The notes under the pieces were generated by a model that ran no database searches, was not told the DNA's origin, and was given only the letters and a program-made list of their open reading frames with translations. Source: Scyliorhinus canicula (taxonomy: Eukaryota). Taken from it: DNA of 64,000 nucleotides. Of the stretch, positions 13,334-25,091 are shown piece by piece. How positions within the stretch are numbered: position 1 is the stretch's first letter; every line of letters starts with the position of its first letter. The stretch spans positions 81,381,830 to 81,445,829 of the forward strand of contig NC_052164.1 in NCBI RefSeq assembly GCF_902713615.1, given 5' to 3'. Both the position numbers and the translations under genes were made by a program.

Positions 13334-15201
13334 TGAACAGAAGCAGGTCCAGTTGGAGGAAGAACTAAAATGGATTGTTATTATAAATGTTTGCATGTTT
13401 TGTTTCATTAAAAAATAAATGTTTATTCACTGCCCATATTTCTTAAAGGAAAGCAAAAAGGTGAAAAATGAAACCACCGTGAAGTTGATGGTTTATTTTT
13501 TTTCTTGGGGGGAGATGTCAAGTGAGAGTACCTTTAAGAAATGGGTGTTTCTAAAATAGATGTTGTAGATGTACCTTTTAAGAAATGGATGGTTATCAGT
13601 GATGTCAGAGTGTGGGTGGGGCTGGGCTATCTGGCTGCTTTTACTTTCGCTTTGAGCAAGCAGCTACAGGGCCTGTTTCATTTCATTTTAGATTTGGAGA
13701 AGCTGCAGTCACAGATGTGTATGAATCTCTGCAAGCTAAAGAATGTTTATTTGGTGATTTCATAATGGTAACTGCTCTTAGTGGAGAAGTTAAACCTGAT
13801 GTTGTTCTGTGAAAAGGGTTCTTTTTATCTTATGAATGTTGCAAGGAAAGATTAAGAGTTACTTATAGAGTACTGTATTCTTTGGGGGATTTATTGGTGT
13901 TGATAGTTAAGATGTTTACTGTTGGGTTTATAAAGTGTTAACTGGTTTCATAAACAAACATAAAAGTACTTCAGCTCTCTGAAGCACACCTGCAAATTAG
14001 GCCCATGTGTTCCTCATAACCACAATCTATTAAAGGTTATGGGTCATGTGAACTCCATGATAGACTTTGGGGTTCTCTAAATAAACCCTGGCCATGACGA
14101 TACAAGCCAACTGTTTAGCCCATTGTGCTAAACCAGCTCCACTTCTACCATTCATTATGATCAGGGTGGATCGTCCAACTCAATAGCCGAATCCCTCTCT
14201 TCCCCCCCCAACCACATCTTTTGATCCCCTTCGCTGGGCTTTAGAGATTCCCAGCACATTCAGTAAATCCTGAAAGGCTAATTTGACATTGAGATGGGTG
14301 GCATTAAAGGATATTCTCTGGTTTCAATTTATGTCCACTGACTGGGAAGAGGCAGTTTTGACCTTGTGTGTTTCGCAGCTTACAGAGAGACATTGCGAGT
14401 TGTTTGGCGACTCAAAGTCCTGGGAGCCATTTATAGCTCAGTGTAGCCGAGTCTGGAGCTCAGACAAGCCCAGGGGGCAAGGCCAGTTTATTGAAACTAG
14501 GAGTCTGCAAAAGAGTTGGTGGCATGCCTGTAATTAGAGATCAAAGTGCAGCTTTGGAAGCCCATGGAACCGGAGACATGCAGGGTAGGTGGATTGTCCA
14601 TGATAAATTGCCCCTTAGTGACCAAAAAAGGTTAGGAGGGGTTATTGGGTTACAGGGATAGGGTGGAAGTGAGGGCTTTAGTGGGTCGGTGCAGACTCGA
14701 TGGACCAAACGGCCTCCTTCTGCACTCTATGTTCTATAAGAGAATGAACCATCAAGAGCTGTACAATTATGGAGACAGTCAATGTCAGAGTGGATCTTGA
14801 GGTATTTCGTAAGCTTTAATCTTCATAAGACCCAAAATCCCTTGAGTTTTAATAAAGGCTTGTCACTCGCAGTGGTCACTGACATCTGGATGCATTGCTA
14901 AGAAATCCATGGGATCTGTTTTGATCACATCTGCCAATGATGATCAACCAGTTTGCCTGCTAACTCATTTACTTCGTCAATTCTGAATGTTGAGGGTACA
15001 AGGTAAATATTGCAAATAATTTTACTGTACAGCAATATTTATTTTGTTTACAGCCAGTGGAATCTTGTGCTTTTTCTCAGAGTGGGTAACTTGTCTACAA
15101 TAAACAAAATAAATTACTAGTCCCAAAGTGGATTGAAACAGTTATCAAATACTTGCTGTCTTACGTCTTAGAAGCTCTACGTAGGCAGCTGATGCTTAAA
15201 G

Positions 15202-15882
15202 CAGTGTTTTTCAAAACTTTTTTTCCTTGGACCCATTTTTACCAACCGGCCAACCTTCGGGACCAACCTAGCCAACCTTTGCGGTCCACGCCAGCTAAGC
15301 TGTGCGACCCACCATTTTCTCTTGCCGGCTGACCTGTGCGACCCACCATTTTCTCTTACCTCGTTTGCTGCTGACAAAAATGGATGAAATCGTTTTGGGT
15401 CCCTTTGGCCCTCGTACACTCTCCTCCAATGGAACCTGTTGGATGAAGGTGAAGCCTTCCCATGTCAGAAAGTATGGAGTCTCCATCTGTCCAAAGATCT
15501 GCATTTTTTTCCCCTGTAAAATTTTATTAAATAAAACCCTCCCTGAACTTGTAAAAACAAAAGAAAAAAAATGAATAAAATAAATCAATAAAATACCCCG
15601 GAACTTGTAGAACAAAAGGCTGCGACTGTTTTAAAAAATCAAGTGGCCGCACTGCACATGCCTGCCTGATCATCGGCACGCATGCACATAATTTTGAACA
15701 TGCGCGCCAGTGATATGGCACGCATGTGCAGTGCAGCCACATTTGTTACATGTTCACAGCCATTTTCAGCCTGCGTTATTAACAGCCGTCTGCTGTTGCG
15801 TGCAGATTTGGGCAATGGGGAGCGCCGCAATGGATGGCTCCGCGACCTGCCCGACACCCACCCCCGAGTTTGACAATGCCTG
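15202..15882 (+). mobile_element. Non-autonomous hAT (Charlie-like) DNA transposon
   Basis: Imperfect TIRs cagtgtttttcaaa / gtttgacaatgcctg and a degenerate 8-bp TSD (gcttaaag / ctctaaag). A related end fragment lies at ~55800-56041 (-). Confidence 0.65.
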
Positions 15883-17210
15883 CTCTAAAGACTCCTCAAA
15901 GCCCACTCTGAGTATCTTTATCATTAGCTTGTATCAATTGTCAGTGTGCTCGTGAGGCACCTTAGTTGTTCCTAGAATCAATGAATATAGTCATTGTTTG
16001 CAAGACATCAAAACACAAATAAATTGTTAATATAATTGGTCAAGTACAGACAGCACTGTGGGAAACAACTGAACTAGTCCCTGCCAATCCAATATATTGA
16101 ATTCTCTCCCCAAACTATGAACATACAAATTAGTAGGCCACCCAGCCCCATGAGCCTGCTCAGTCATTGTATAGGATCATGGTTGCCTACCCTGTTAACC
16201 TTTCACACCCTTGTTTAGTCAAAGAATCTCTCCATCTTTCTCCTCAATCTACCGCTCATGAAGCTTTAGAACACTTGTCCCAATTGCTCGTGATCAGTTT
16301 CAAATTTCAACTCCTGTGGAGCATCTCAAAAAGGTGATGCATAAAATACAGTGTTTGTTGTACCTTAAACAACATATTTAGACTGCTCTTGCTCTAAAAT
16401 TTCAGATAAAAAATATAAATTTACAATGGGACTTGACAAGAAATTTCAAAGATCGCTGCAATAATGGAAGGTGTGAATTTATTTAGCTGTCTTATTTCTA
16501 ATGGTCAAAACAGAGGCAGGGTTTATTTTCAATAAAAATGAGTTCCATTTTCAATGTTGTTTTTTTTAAATTTCATGGCACAGTGCTAACAAAAAAGTGG
16601 AGGCCGAGTAAAATGATTTACTGGACATGGGGTTCTTTACAGAGGTAGTCATTCAGATCCTCTTTATCCCACAGTCCTATGTACACCAAACATTTCAACA
16701 CATGATTTTAAAAAATTAAACCAGTTTCTGGCCAGATGATTAATTAAGCTTCTTAAAGATCAGCAACAGAAAACAAACCAGAAAGTCACACCATGTGCAG
16801 TAATATATAAATTACTTACAGTATGGCGCTTAACTAAGCACTCTCTCTCCTAGAAAGATATGGAAATTAGAAATTTAAGCACCAAGTTGTCAGATTTATT
16901 ATGCACTATTTAACTGGGAAGAATTTCACCAAGTAGTTAAAGCAGCTGTGTTTTAAACTGCTGATTCGTAGGTCAAAGGCTCAAATTAGAAGAAACAAAA
17001 TTAAGCCTCTACTAGCTTCATTACAATTAATCAGCAAAGCCTGCAACTTAAAAGGCCAAACACTACAGAAAGAAATTTAGACATTCGGCGTTTAACATTT
17101 TACATGTCAAAACAGAGCCCATTTTCAAGTTGCCAACCTTGATTGGAGAGCAAAAAACTAAACAGACAGAGTTTGGCGGGGGAGGTTTCTGGGTGCCATT
17201 AGTCAGTCCC

Positions 17211-17352
17211 TTAGCCCGAGCTCTCTTGCTTGCTATTGTCGCCATTTTCTAGGTGAGTCTTTCTCTTCTTCTCATCGGCTTTGGTTTCTTTAAATATATG
17301 CATCCTGTAAAACTGGAGCTCTTTGATGCTCTCACAGATGTCAGCTAATGCT
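17211..17352 (-). CDS. REXO2: Oligoribonuclease REXO2, exon 7 (last coding exon)
   Basis: ttttcag acceptor; (R)[46 protein letters not shown]; ExoIII Asp retained. Confidence 0.95.
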
Positions 17353-18086
17353 CTGAAAAGCAACAGATAAGAGTTCAGAACTAGAATTAGTTCATGTAAT
17401 GAAATTACTAAAACCCTGCAAAATAATGCACTTTTAGTAGGTAGTTTTCTCAACTTTCTTTTATCGGAGGTAAAGGGCTCTAATACTTTGTGCATATGTT
17501 CATATGTCAACAATAAAAACTTGTCCACAATCCCTGTCTGGGTTATTCAACCAGAGGGCATTACAATCATACTTGATGATATCTTCATCTGTAGTCACGT
17601 GTGCCATTTCTGCACTAATTCCAAGTTAGTCCATTTTCATCTACATCAAGCTGGTCTTTCAGCATTTTAAACCTTTAACAATGCTACCAAGATATTTTCA
17701 TACATCAACGTATGGCCCTCCAGAATAGGATTTCAAAACATGCAGCCACCTAGAGGCAATTATGTAGAATGCCATGAGACAGAAATCTGGATAAATATAT
17801 CTAGGCTTGTTACACTTTCAGCCAGTGGGAATAGGGACTAGAAGAATAATGAGTCATTTTTCCACCTTTCTGACCCACATTCTGCACTGTAAATTCTATG
17901 ATCTATGACCCACAGAGCTTTCAGAAGCAATACGAGGGTCATTCAGTGCTGATATTATCAAATTTTCAAACAAGTTATTTTTTTTGTGAACAGTATTTGA
18001 AGTTAAAGAGGCAAGATTTGAAACAAACCAGCTCACTGCAATTCTAATTGATCCTCTAAAATAGTTAGCAAAAGCAAAATGCTCAC

Positions 18087-18140
18087 CGATGTGATGCTTT
18101 CTTCTTTGGTGCATCTTCATACTCATCTGGATACCAACGT
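18087..18140 (-). CDS. REXO2: REXO2 exon 6
   Basis: 54 nt, AG/GT sites, RWYPDEYEDAPKKKASH(R), containing the DEDDh His. Confidence 0.95.
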
Positions 18141-19256
18141 CTGAAAATAACAAAAGCAAAAGAGATTTAAACCTGATAGTTGGATGTAGGAAGTATAAAC
18201 ATTTGAGTTTATCACAATAATAATCTTGTGTCACAAGTAGGCTTACATTATCACTGCAATGAAGTTACTTTGAAAATCACCTCATCGCCACACTACGACA
18301 CTTGTTTGGATACACAGAGGTAGAATTCAGAATGTCCAATTCACCTAACAAGCATGTCTTTTGGGAGGAAACCAGAGCTCCCAGTGGAAACCCACGCAGA
18401 CATGGGGAGAACCACTCTGCTGCCATGCCACCATAAAAGGGGAATAATAAAATTGCATAATTTGTATTGAAAAATTACATAATTGAATAGAACTATAGTT
18501 TTTACATCATGTTGTTAGGTGAAATAATGCCTCAACACTTTTATTCTTGTAGCAATCCTTCGTTTGCTGAATTTCATTTTGATGCCACCAAAGAGAAAAC
18601 AAAAAAAAACACAAGACATTCTCCTTGGTGGCTAGGTTTTACATTGGAAAGGGCGACACGGTAGCACAGTGGTTAGCAATGTTGCTTCACAGCTCCAGGG
18701 TCCCAGGTTCGATTCCCTGATTGGGTCACTGTCTGTGCGGAGTCTGCACATTCTCCCAGTGTCTGCGCGAGTTTCCTCCGTTTCCGGTTTCCTTCCAGTC
18801 CAAAGATACGCAGGTTAGGTGATTGGCCATGCTAAATTTCCCTTAGTGTCTAAAAAATGGTTAGGTGGGGTAACTGGGATGGTGTTGAGGTGCGGACTCA
18901 AGTAGGGTGCTCTTTCCCAGGACCAGTGCAGACTCGATAGGCTAAATGGCCTCGCTCTGCACTGTAAATTCTATGATTCTATGAAATTGGAAGGGATAAG
19001 GTTCAGGAATGAAAGAAAGAACAAGCTGACACATTAACTATAGATCGGAGTGTAATTTCCTGTGTTAGAAGTACACATCATATGTTGCAGGTGAGCCACT
19101 CTTGTGCCGTGGTGATCTAGTGGGCTCCAATCAAAATCTGCAGAACAAATTTTTAAAAAGTGCAGAGTGCCTAAGATACTCACGTTTTTATGTTGTATTT
19201 TAATACCATTGCTGTTCAGTTACAAGCAAAATTGAATACAACAGCAAACCTCTTAC

Positions 19257-19365
19257 CTGCATAATTCTTTGATGGTGCTGACATCAATTATTCTGTAATG
19301 CAGGTGCTTCATGAATTGTGGCATATACTTATCCAGAAACTTTTTATCAGCGTGAACTGAATTTC
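19257..19365 (-). CDS. REXO2: REXO2 exon 5
   Basis: 109 nt, (G)[35 protein letters not shown](R); ExoII Asp. Confidence 0.96.
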
Positions 19366-19929
19366 CTATAAATAAAAATATTTAGAACGTGAATCTTCTG
19401 CTGCACATCGCTTTTCCCCTTTTGAATTTTCCACTCTCCTCTCCTGGAGGACGCCAACTCATGCAAGCGTACCTTCCAAGTGCCTGCAGAACCCGTAATT
19501 CCACTTGGATAAACCAAATTTTAGAATTACTTAAGTGAGCCAAAAATATCTTGAGCAGGCTCAATGTGCTGCCAGAAAAAGCTGCTACCACCATTGACCT
19601 CTTTCTAACAGCAGTGAGTGGGTGTGACTATACCAGATGGACAGCAGCAGTTCAAGGTAGCTCAAAACCACCTCATGGGCAATGGGTTATAAAGGCTGGT
19701 CTAGACAGTGATGTCTGCACCCAATGAAAGAGTAAATAAATTTAACAAAACACACCTTTCTTCTAGAAATTTCTTTGGGTTTGATCTATTTGACAATACT
19801 AGTGTTTTCAAAAAGGTGTTACTACTTGCCAAGATCATGAAGTTACTCTACGTTAAATGTAAGCAAAATAACCACCAGCATTATGAAAAAAACCATGTAA
19901 ACCATACAATACCTTAGCTAGTGTCATAC

Positions 19930-20041
19930 CTGCAAGAGGACAGAGACCTGGTGGGGTATGTTGTCGTATAAAGGACAAAAACTCATATTCTGCTTGCTGT
20001 AGGCTGATCTTGCTATCCCGCACTGCTTGTGTGAGGCCTGA
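19930..20041 (-). CDS. REXO2: REXO2 exon 4
   Basis: 112 nt, [37 protein letters not shown](G). Confidence 0.96.
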
Positions 20042-20875
20042 CTGCAAGGAAAGGGAAAAACATATATTCACATGGAGCTACAGGAATACGTTATTTGGAT
20101 ACAAAAACAAAATCAATATTTTTGAATATATCTCACCAACAGGAGTTATATCTTAAAATTGAACACTTTGTCCATTAAGAGACATTTTCTTCACTTTTTA
20201 TGTCCCATGCTCTAAACATAATTTTAGAGAGACACTGTAAAACCTCATCAGGCATGCATAGTTTTCAGGCAACATGTTAAAGGGCCAAGAGCTTGGCCAG
20301 AGTGTGCAGAGTAATTGAGCCGTTTGAAATTCACATATTCTGTCCTTCAACATAATTTTAAATTATGCCTTAATTTATAATGGAAACTGCACAAATCTAC
20401 CTTCTTGTAATTGTACTTTCCCACCATTAATAATGTTGCAGTGTCACCAATATTTGCTGCAGCATTAATGGTAAGCCTATCGGTGCGTGGAAAAAGAGAA
20501 ATGGGAACAAGGTGGCTGCAGATTTGTGGGGTTGGGGAGAAGAAAAGAAGACAAGGCTCCTTAGGCAAGTCAAAATGGCAAAGTGGCTGTTGCAACAACT
20601 CCAGGACAGCTAGAGTGTTAAGACAGGGCAAGGAGAATGAATCTACAGGCATCCAGAACATCTCCTCACCAAACAACCCAGGGCCTGGTGATAGTGAGTA
20701 AAAGAGCAGCTCACCTCCAATCACAAGCTCTCCCCCAATCCTCACACAATAACACACTCACTCACCCACCCTCCTCACACTAAGTGTAAGTGACCGCCCG
20801 GAGGCTGGATGTGAGCCAGGCGCACACATCTTACACGCTAACAGACATTTTATTTAAATCAATTTCTTGCTCAAT

Positions 20876-21601
20876 GATGAATGTGGGAGTTTTATTTGGA
20901 TTGGATTGTATATCTATATGTTGCAGTCATGTTATTAATCTAGGTTCAGATATCCAGACTCTGTCTGCGTGAGCTGCAGTCAAGAGGTTTTGGAGATAAT
21001 TATTGATTTTAACCATTTATTTGTTTACAAAGAGATGCCTAATGGAAATTTGTTACAATTGCTGGAGCTTTCCTGGAGAGTAGATAATTTGAGCGTTTAG
21101 ATTCGTAAGCAGGTCATGGGGTCGGAGTGGGATAGAGATAATGTAATTAATGGGAGGAGCCACATCTGTAGAAAGAAGTTATGGTTGTAGGACATTTTAG
21201 TCTGACAAGGACAGAAGGATCTGCAGGCTATTACTGAAATGGTCTCTCTCTCTCTCTCTTTCCCTCCAAGCAGTCTTCCAAGTAATCTCTGTACAAGAAT
21301 ACAGCAAAATTCATCCTGTGTTGTTAGCCTTATTTACCACTGGCTTTTGACCCGTAATGGGTTTTGCTTTTAAGTTAGTAGATAACGTTTTTAAAGAATT
21401 GTTTACTGTTAATTGAAAAACTATTTTCTGTGATGTTAATGTAGTTACTCCGGTGTTAATAATATTGGTTTCAATACAGATCCTAGTTTGTTAGTAGAAT
21501 CACTCCTGGGACAAAGGGTCCTTTCCCGAGTTTTACAAATTGAAAAACTGTTGTAGTCTCATCCGGTTCCCAAATATAAATTGGTATCTGGTCCTGCAAC
21601 A
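20876..21601 (+). mobile_element. Probable solo LTR in REXO2 intron 3
   Basis: TG...gcaaCA ends and composition resembling the other LTRs; TSD not clearly seen. Confidence 0.4.
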
Positions 21602-22387
21602 TTTGACATTGCTTTTCTTTGATTAGAAAGTACGTTTTCTTCTTCTTCATACCTCATGGAATTCATGTTTAATGTGCCAGACCTCATCTTTCCAGAATTT
21701 GCTCATCAGCCTCTTGACCGAGTGAAAAAATTTAAATGTGATCCCTTGCGCGAGAAGGTTAGATAAACCTAGTCTAAAACCAATCAAAATATTTTACACA
21801 GCTGTCAGCATAGCAAACTTGTTTCTTCAATCCAGTTTCCTCATTATCGACTGCAATGCCAAAGTGGCAAGTTTACATACGCAGTGTTCATTATATGTAA
21901 ACAGAAAAATTTGACATGACGTGCAAACAGACTTATCCTTCTACAGCAAATTACAATTCATTAACCTCCCTCCCCACCCCAACTCTATTATACTCCCACA
22001 AGGAACTTGCACAAAAAAAAAGGAGGCAGAAAATGTCGTTTTTCAAGCTCACCCTGTTTTTTTGGGCAGATTGGAAGACAAACAAAATGAAAACAATCAT
22101 TAGTTCCTAATACTGTAGATTACATAGTCATTTTTCAAGATGACTTCTTCAAAACAATCTATTCAAACTAGGGAGGGTGCTTAGAAACATTTCAATTTTA
22201 TTTCTAAAGTATTTTGCAATTATCTTTTAAAGGACAGGGATTATCGTCAATAGACCTACCACATACTGAACCAGAAAAACAGGAAATGCCATAGGAACTG
22301 TTCTAAGCAAACTTGGTATTAAAATCTTGTTCTTTTGAAGGGAGCAAGCAAGATTGACATTTCAGACACAAAGTATGTAAATGTTTA

Positions 22388-22588
22388 GTCGGTTTAGCTT
22401 ACTTGGCTAAACAGCTGGTTGGCGATGCAAAGGAAGGCCAGCAGGGTGGGTTCAATTCCTGTACCAGAGGTTATTCAAGAAGGCTCTGCCTTAGGTGTGT
22501 GATCCTCAGGTTAAATCACCACCAGTCAGCTCTCACCCTCAAAGGGGAAAGCAGCCTATGGTCATCTGGGACTATGGCAAATTTATTT
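22388..22588 (+). mobile_element. tRNA-derived SINE (family C; other copies 23757-23970 -, 53262-53450 +)
   Basis: Head ggtttagc..ggttcaattcc and body gtgatcctcaggttaaatcaccaccagtcagc..gcagcctatggtcatctgggactatggc, three copies. Confidence 0.75.
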
Positions 22589-22647
22589 ACTAAATGTTTA
22601 GTTATGCAGAAGTAACAATGTAATTGAAATAGACAGCAGCCACATAC

Positions 22648-22725
22648 CTTCCCATGATGTTCTGTACACCACTCTGACATGCCATCCAGTAGCTCATTTG
22701 GCTGGTTAACAATCAGATGTGGACC
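22648..22725 (-). CDS. REXO2: REXO2 exon 3
   Basis: 78 nt, [26 protein letters not shown], cag/gtatgt sites. Confidence 0.96.
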
Positions 22726-22843
22726 CTGATAACAAGAGAAACACCAGTGACATGGGCATTTTATTTTGCAATTTAAAACACATCCAAAAGGCATCATTTA
22801 AAGTACCCTCTTTTCCAGGGGTTGTAAATTTTAGACATCTTAC

Positions 22844-22927
22844 CTCAGCTAAAATATTCAAATCTGAATCGGTTATAATGCAAGCCATCTCTATGATTTT
22901 ATCTTTTTCTATGTCCAATCCAGTCAT
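22844..22927 (-). CDS. REXO2: REXO2 exon 2
   Basis: 84 nt, [28 protein letters not shown], tag/gtaaga sites. Confidence 0.96.
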
Positions 22928-24349
22928 CTATTCAAGGGAAAAAAAAAAGGAAAATAACAGATGACAAGATCTTTCTCCCTGTAGCATTTCCATAGTAAGT
23001 AGAAGGCACAGTACTGCACATAATCTTTGAACAAATGGTAGTCTCTTGGAAACCTAAAGCACCACACTATTATGATAGACAGGACATTATTCGGTTTCTC
23101 TGCTTCCATCTTTCCACTTCTACACATGACATAATATACAAGTTGCAAGTGTGTGCACAGAACAGCAGAGAAGCTTAAACTGTCTCCATGTACAAAAACC
23201 TAAGTGACCGTTGTTCAGTAAACTCCACATTTAAAAATTCAATTACATGTTCCTTCATATTGGGTCCACAATCAAAAACAGGACTGCACCATTGTTTCTG
23301 GGGTAGTCAATTGCTTTTGAACTCAATCACAGCAGGAGATTCCCAGGACAGCACAAAAACTTTGTGGAGGGGGGGGGGGGGTCCTAGAACAGGAGAGGGG
23401 TCAGAAATCACAAACAACTCACGTCAGACCCTGGCATGTGACCAACCAAAATTGAAATGGGCTCATTCCATTAAAGCCCCAAACCAGATTTCACAAGGAA
23501 TGTGCAACGGTGAAGTTAAGGTGTTGGAATGAACACAAACCCCCAAACAATCCATCTCATCACTCCTACAAGTACCACGTGTCCCACATGTGGCAGATGT
23601 CAAGCCATCAAGCCAGAGTAGAAACAAATCATCCTCAATCCCAAAGGACAGTCAAAGAAGGAGACACCAAGAAAAACCACAGACTCTGGGGAATGGGTTT
23701 GAAATCCACAAAATGAAACAAGCTTACAGCACAGCCAATATAAAGTTTAAAAAAAAGTAAAGTCACCATCACCCAAAATGGCCATAGGCTGCTTTGCCCT
23801 TTGAGGAAGAGGGCTGACTGGTGGTGATTTAACTTTAGGATCACCACACTTCAGGCAAGGGGCAAGGTTAGAAATCAGGCCTTCACAAATAAACTCAGCC
23901 AGAACAGGAATTGAACCCACACTGCTGGCCTCACTCTGCATCACAAACCAGTTGTTTAGCCAAGTGAGTACGACCTCTAAAAGACAAGAGATAAAGCTAA
24001 TCCTACCAATTTGATCAATTTTAGTTATCCAGCTCACTGCACCTCATTTTCCCACCAACATAGAAAGCCTGTGCACCACCACCTTCCACCAAGAAACAAC
24101 AAACAGACTTGCTTCCCCCAGTTTCCCCATTCCTCTGCTAAAGTGCACAATTCTCCAACAAGCACCTAAACAACAGACACCAGCAGCTCACAAAGGGGGA
24201 AAAACATACTCACATCATCTCTCTCTCTCTCTGGCACATTCCACATGCTGCCCAAACAGTACCACCAGGCATATAAAACAAAAACATTCCCAATTTCCAA
24301 CATCTGTTCAACTGAAACCATAGACTAAACAAATTCTTGAATTAATCAA

Positions 24350-24350
24350 T

Positions 24351-24379
<29 letters not shown>
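24350..24379. repeat. (CA)n microsatellite
   Basis: Pure CA run in REXO2 intron 1. Confidence 0.95.
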
Positions 24380-24382
<3 letters not shown>

Positions 24383-24696
24383 TGCTGGGGATAAAAGATT
24401 CTGACACAAACACCCAAAACTATCACTTGCTGCAAGTGTCTGTACCCTAAAGGAAACGATTGCCTTAGTGGGGCGGGGGTTTAAAATACAAATAATTTAA
24501 AAAGAAACTATATGGAGGCAAATGACACAATTTTAAAGGGGGGAATCGGTGAAAGTAAACTTTAGTGAGTTGGGCCACAATTCGGTGGAAGCCCAGTTAT
24601 AAATTCTGCTCAATACAAAAATGTTTCCATCGTCCTGCAGGCTCCAGTGACCATTATAAAGTTTCAGCTGGCTGGAGGAAAAGGGGGGGAAATTAC

Positions 24697-24954
24697 CTCC
24701 AGATCCACCCAAACCATCCTCTTGGCCATGCCCTGGGCTGCCATGGTAGTCAGATAGCGGATGGAGGTGAGCGATCCGGCGTGGCGAGGACACGACGGCG
24801 GCGACTTCCCGCTGTGGTCGGGCCTGGGACAGGCCGGCGGTGGAGCAGTGAGAGGGGCAGGGCGATGGCGGCCGGGACAGGGGGTACGAAAGCGACCGAC
24901 TGCCGCCCCAGCAGCAGCTTTAAGACCCGCGCCCCACATACGCAGGCGCACCAT
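24697..24954 (-). CDS. REXO2: REXO2 exon 1 (Arg-rich leader plus MAAQGMAKRMVWVDLE)
   Basis: ATG at 24954 in gccATGg context and a second in-frame ATG at 24744 (accATGg). ExoI motif WVDLE, donor GAG|gtaatt. Spliced CDS is 837 nt = 278 aa plus stop. Confidence 0.9.
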
Positions 24955-25091
24955 GGCCGGCGCTGCCACTCCGCCCGACGGCAGCTTCGCAACAGGCCCC
25001 GCCCACACCCACCCTGTCGCAAAACGACATCCTCCTTGACTCCGCCCCCCAGCTGGTGTTGATGGTGCAACAGGGATTGTGCAAGTTCAAT
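24955..25091 (-). promoter_or_regulatory. REXO2 CpG promoter / 5' UTR with GC boxes
   Basis: CpG-rich, with gccccgccc (~24997) and ctccgccccc (~25040) immediately upstream of the ATG. Confidence 0.6.

Larger units (their letters stand above)
7707..14099 (+). mobile_element. Gmr1-clade Ty3/Gypsy LTR retrotransposon (decayed, two LTRs)
   Basis: LTRs at 7707-8296 (TG..CA) and 13516-14099. PBS tgggggctcg (tRNA-Pro type) at 8300, PPT ggggggaga at 13507-13515. Domain order is gag-PR-IN-RT-RH. Inserted into a family B SINE. Confidence 0.92.
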
